Shown here piece after piece: positions 17,324 through 18,380 of a stretch of DNA of 18,380 nucleotides. How positions within the stretch are numbered: the stretch's first letter is position 1; every line of letters starts with the position of its first letter. The DNA comes from Spirochaetota bacterium (GTDB taxonomy: Bacteria; Spirochaetota; UBA4802; UBA5550), in assembly GCA_050298055.1 (NCBI GenBank), contig JBNKTL010000031.1, positions 39,658 to 58,037 of the forward strand, read 5' to 3'. The position numbers and the translations under genes were made by a program. Below the pieces are notes generated by a model, which made no database searches, was not told the DNA's origin, and saw only the letters and a program-made list of their open reading frames with translations.

Positions 17324-18079
17324 ATGCGAGGACTTAATATAATATTTTTAATAGTACCATTGTTTGTAATATTTTTTGCTCTATTGCACTATTTTATATT
17401 TCGATGTGACACCACTTCTTACAGTCTTAGTAGCGAAATTGCCATCAAGTCTCAACTTGATGAGGAAAAAGCCGATCTCAAAAAAATTCTTACAATGAAA
17501 AAGCGCAAAGATATTCTTGCATATATTGTCACTTGCGATTTGCCGAACACTCTCGAAATATCAATCACTTCTAATATTTTATCAACAAAATATGAGGATA
17601 AATTCGAAAATATTTCTTTTTCATTTAAATCAATTAAATATCTAGAACTTAGTCCAAAAAAATGGAATCAAAATACTGATAGAATAGACCCGCCAAAATT
17701 TATAAATTTGATCTCTGTAAATGATGGGCATGATGTAATATCTATAATGCTTTCAGAGTCACCATATGTAGTAACAAATTTAGATTTATTCATTAAAAAT
17801 GAAGCAAAGCTATTTCAGAAGAAAATATATTCCTATCGAAAAAAAATACAACGTAATATTCTTAAAAAGTCACCATTTGGGTTTTGGGATTTTTTATATT
17901 TTACTGTTATAACCTCAACCACAGTTGGCTTTGGCGATATATCGCCTGTTTCTAAAGCTGCTCAGTTTGTAACAATGGCAAATTCCATTACTGGTTTAAT
18001 AATGTACGCTTTTCTCGGGACATTTATTTATGATAGAATAACAAATGCCAAAAAATTCATTAAACAGGACGGATTGTAG
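17324..18079 (+). CDS. Potassium channel family protein (Ion_trans_2 pore domain)
   Basis: FWDFLYFTVITSTTVGFGDISP pore helix and selectivity filter followed by a TM helix; N-terminal TM helix. Confidence 0.85.
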   Translation: MRGLNIIFLIVPLFVIFFALLHYFIFRCDTTSYSLSSEIAIKSQLDEEKADLKKILTMKKRKDILAYIVTCDLPNTLEISITSNILSTKYEDKFENISFSFKSIKYLELSPKKWNQNTDRIDPPKFINLISVNDGHDVISIMLSESPYVVTNLDLFIKNEAKLFQKKIYSYRKKIQRNILKKSPFGFWDFLYFTVITSTTVGFGDISPVSKAAQFVTMANSITGLIMYAFLGTFIYDRITNAKKFIKQDGL

Positions 18080-18198
18080 TATACGGTTTGTAAAACACAA
18101 TGTTTGTTTACAACTTTTTTTCCTTTAATAACAGTTACAAAATAAATTCGCCTATCTCTTATGCCTAACATTCACCAAAATCATTATCGAAATTTCAT

Positions 18199-18303
18199 AA
18201 ATTTTAATTACTGGTTGCATGCAGGGGAGACCCTGTCAATAAAAAATCGTTCACTCACATACATATAAGATGCAGTATGTCACATGTGACTATAGGGTTT
18301 AAC
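18199..18303 (+). repeat. 105-bp direct repeat, copy 2
   Basis: Base-for-base identical to 14243-14347; identity stops abruptly after GTTTAAC. Confidence 0.95.
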
Positions 18304-18380
18304 GTAAGCGTCAAAATAACCCCACATAAAATTACCCGGAATCAATGGCCTTACTGTTAAGACAATACGGCAAAAGTTCT

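Noticed and set aside
14243..18303. CRISPR array or terminal inverted repeats
   Set aside because: Only two copies, 105 bp long, in direct orientation and about 4 kb apart; no cas genes.
18297..18363. attC site starting at GTTTAAC (fits RYYYAAC) and pairing with CTTACTGTTAAG
   Set aside because: Pairing is short, lacks the canonical spacer/L-box layout, and has no equivalent after repeat copy 1; no integron integrase is in the window.

Overview
The window has two halves. Left (1-11447): a co-oriented acyl-CoA/lipid- or steroid-type catabolic cluster (Cys-less thiolase-fold protein plus DUF35 partner, enoyl-CoA hydratase, acyl-CoA dehydrogenase, acyl-CoA synthetase, OYE-type flavin oxidoreductase, amidohydrolase, truncated MBL-fold gene, SDR), two tandem MerR-TetR fusion regulators and a convergent transglutaminase-like gene. 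At about 11.9 kb a 3'-only fragment of tRNA-Arg(UCU), a terminator and a 58-aa excisionase-like gene missing from the ORF track mark an integration (att) site. Right (12.1-18.4 kb): an AT-rich accessory region with an IS91/ISCR-like HUH transposase. Its frame is broken by two related 53- and 56-bp double-hairpin insertions with conserved CATCC(A)TG loops; removing them restores a 414-aa ORF. Downstream, two identical 105-bp direct repeats ending GGGTTTAAC bracket about 3.85 kb of same-strand cargo genes, including a K+ channel. The most interesting candidates are this HUH transposase/repeat/cargo architecture and the family of tiny structured insertions. All calls come from reading the sequence; no searches were run.
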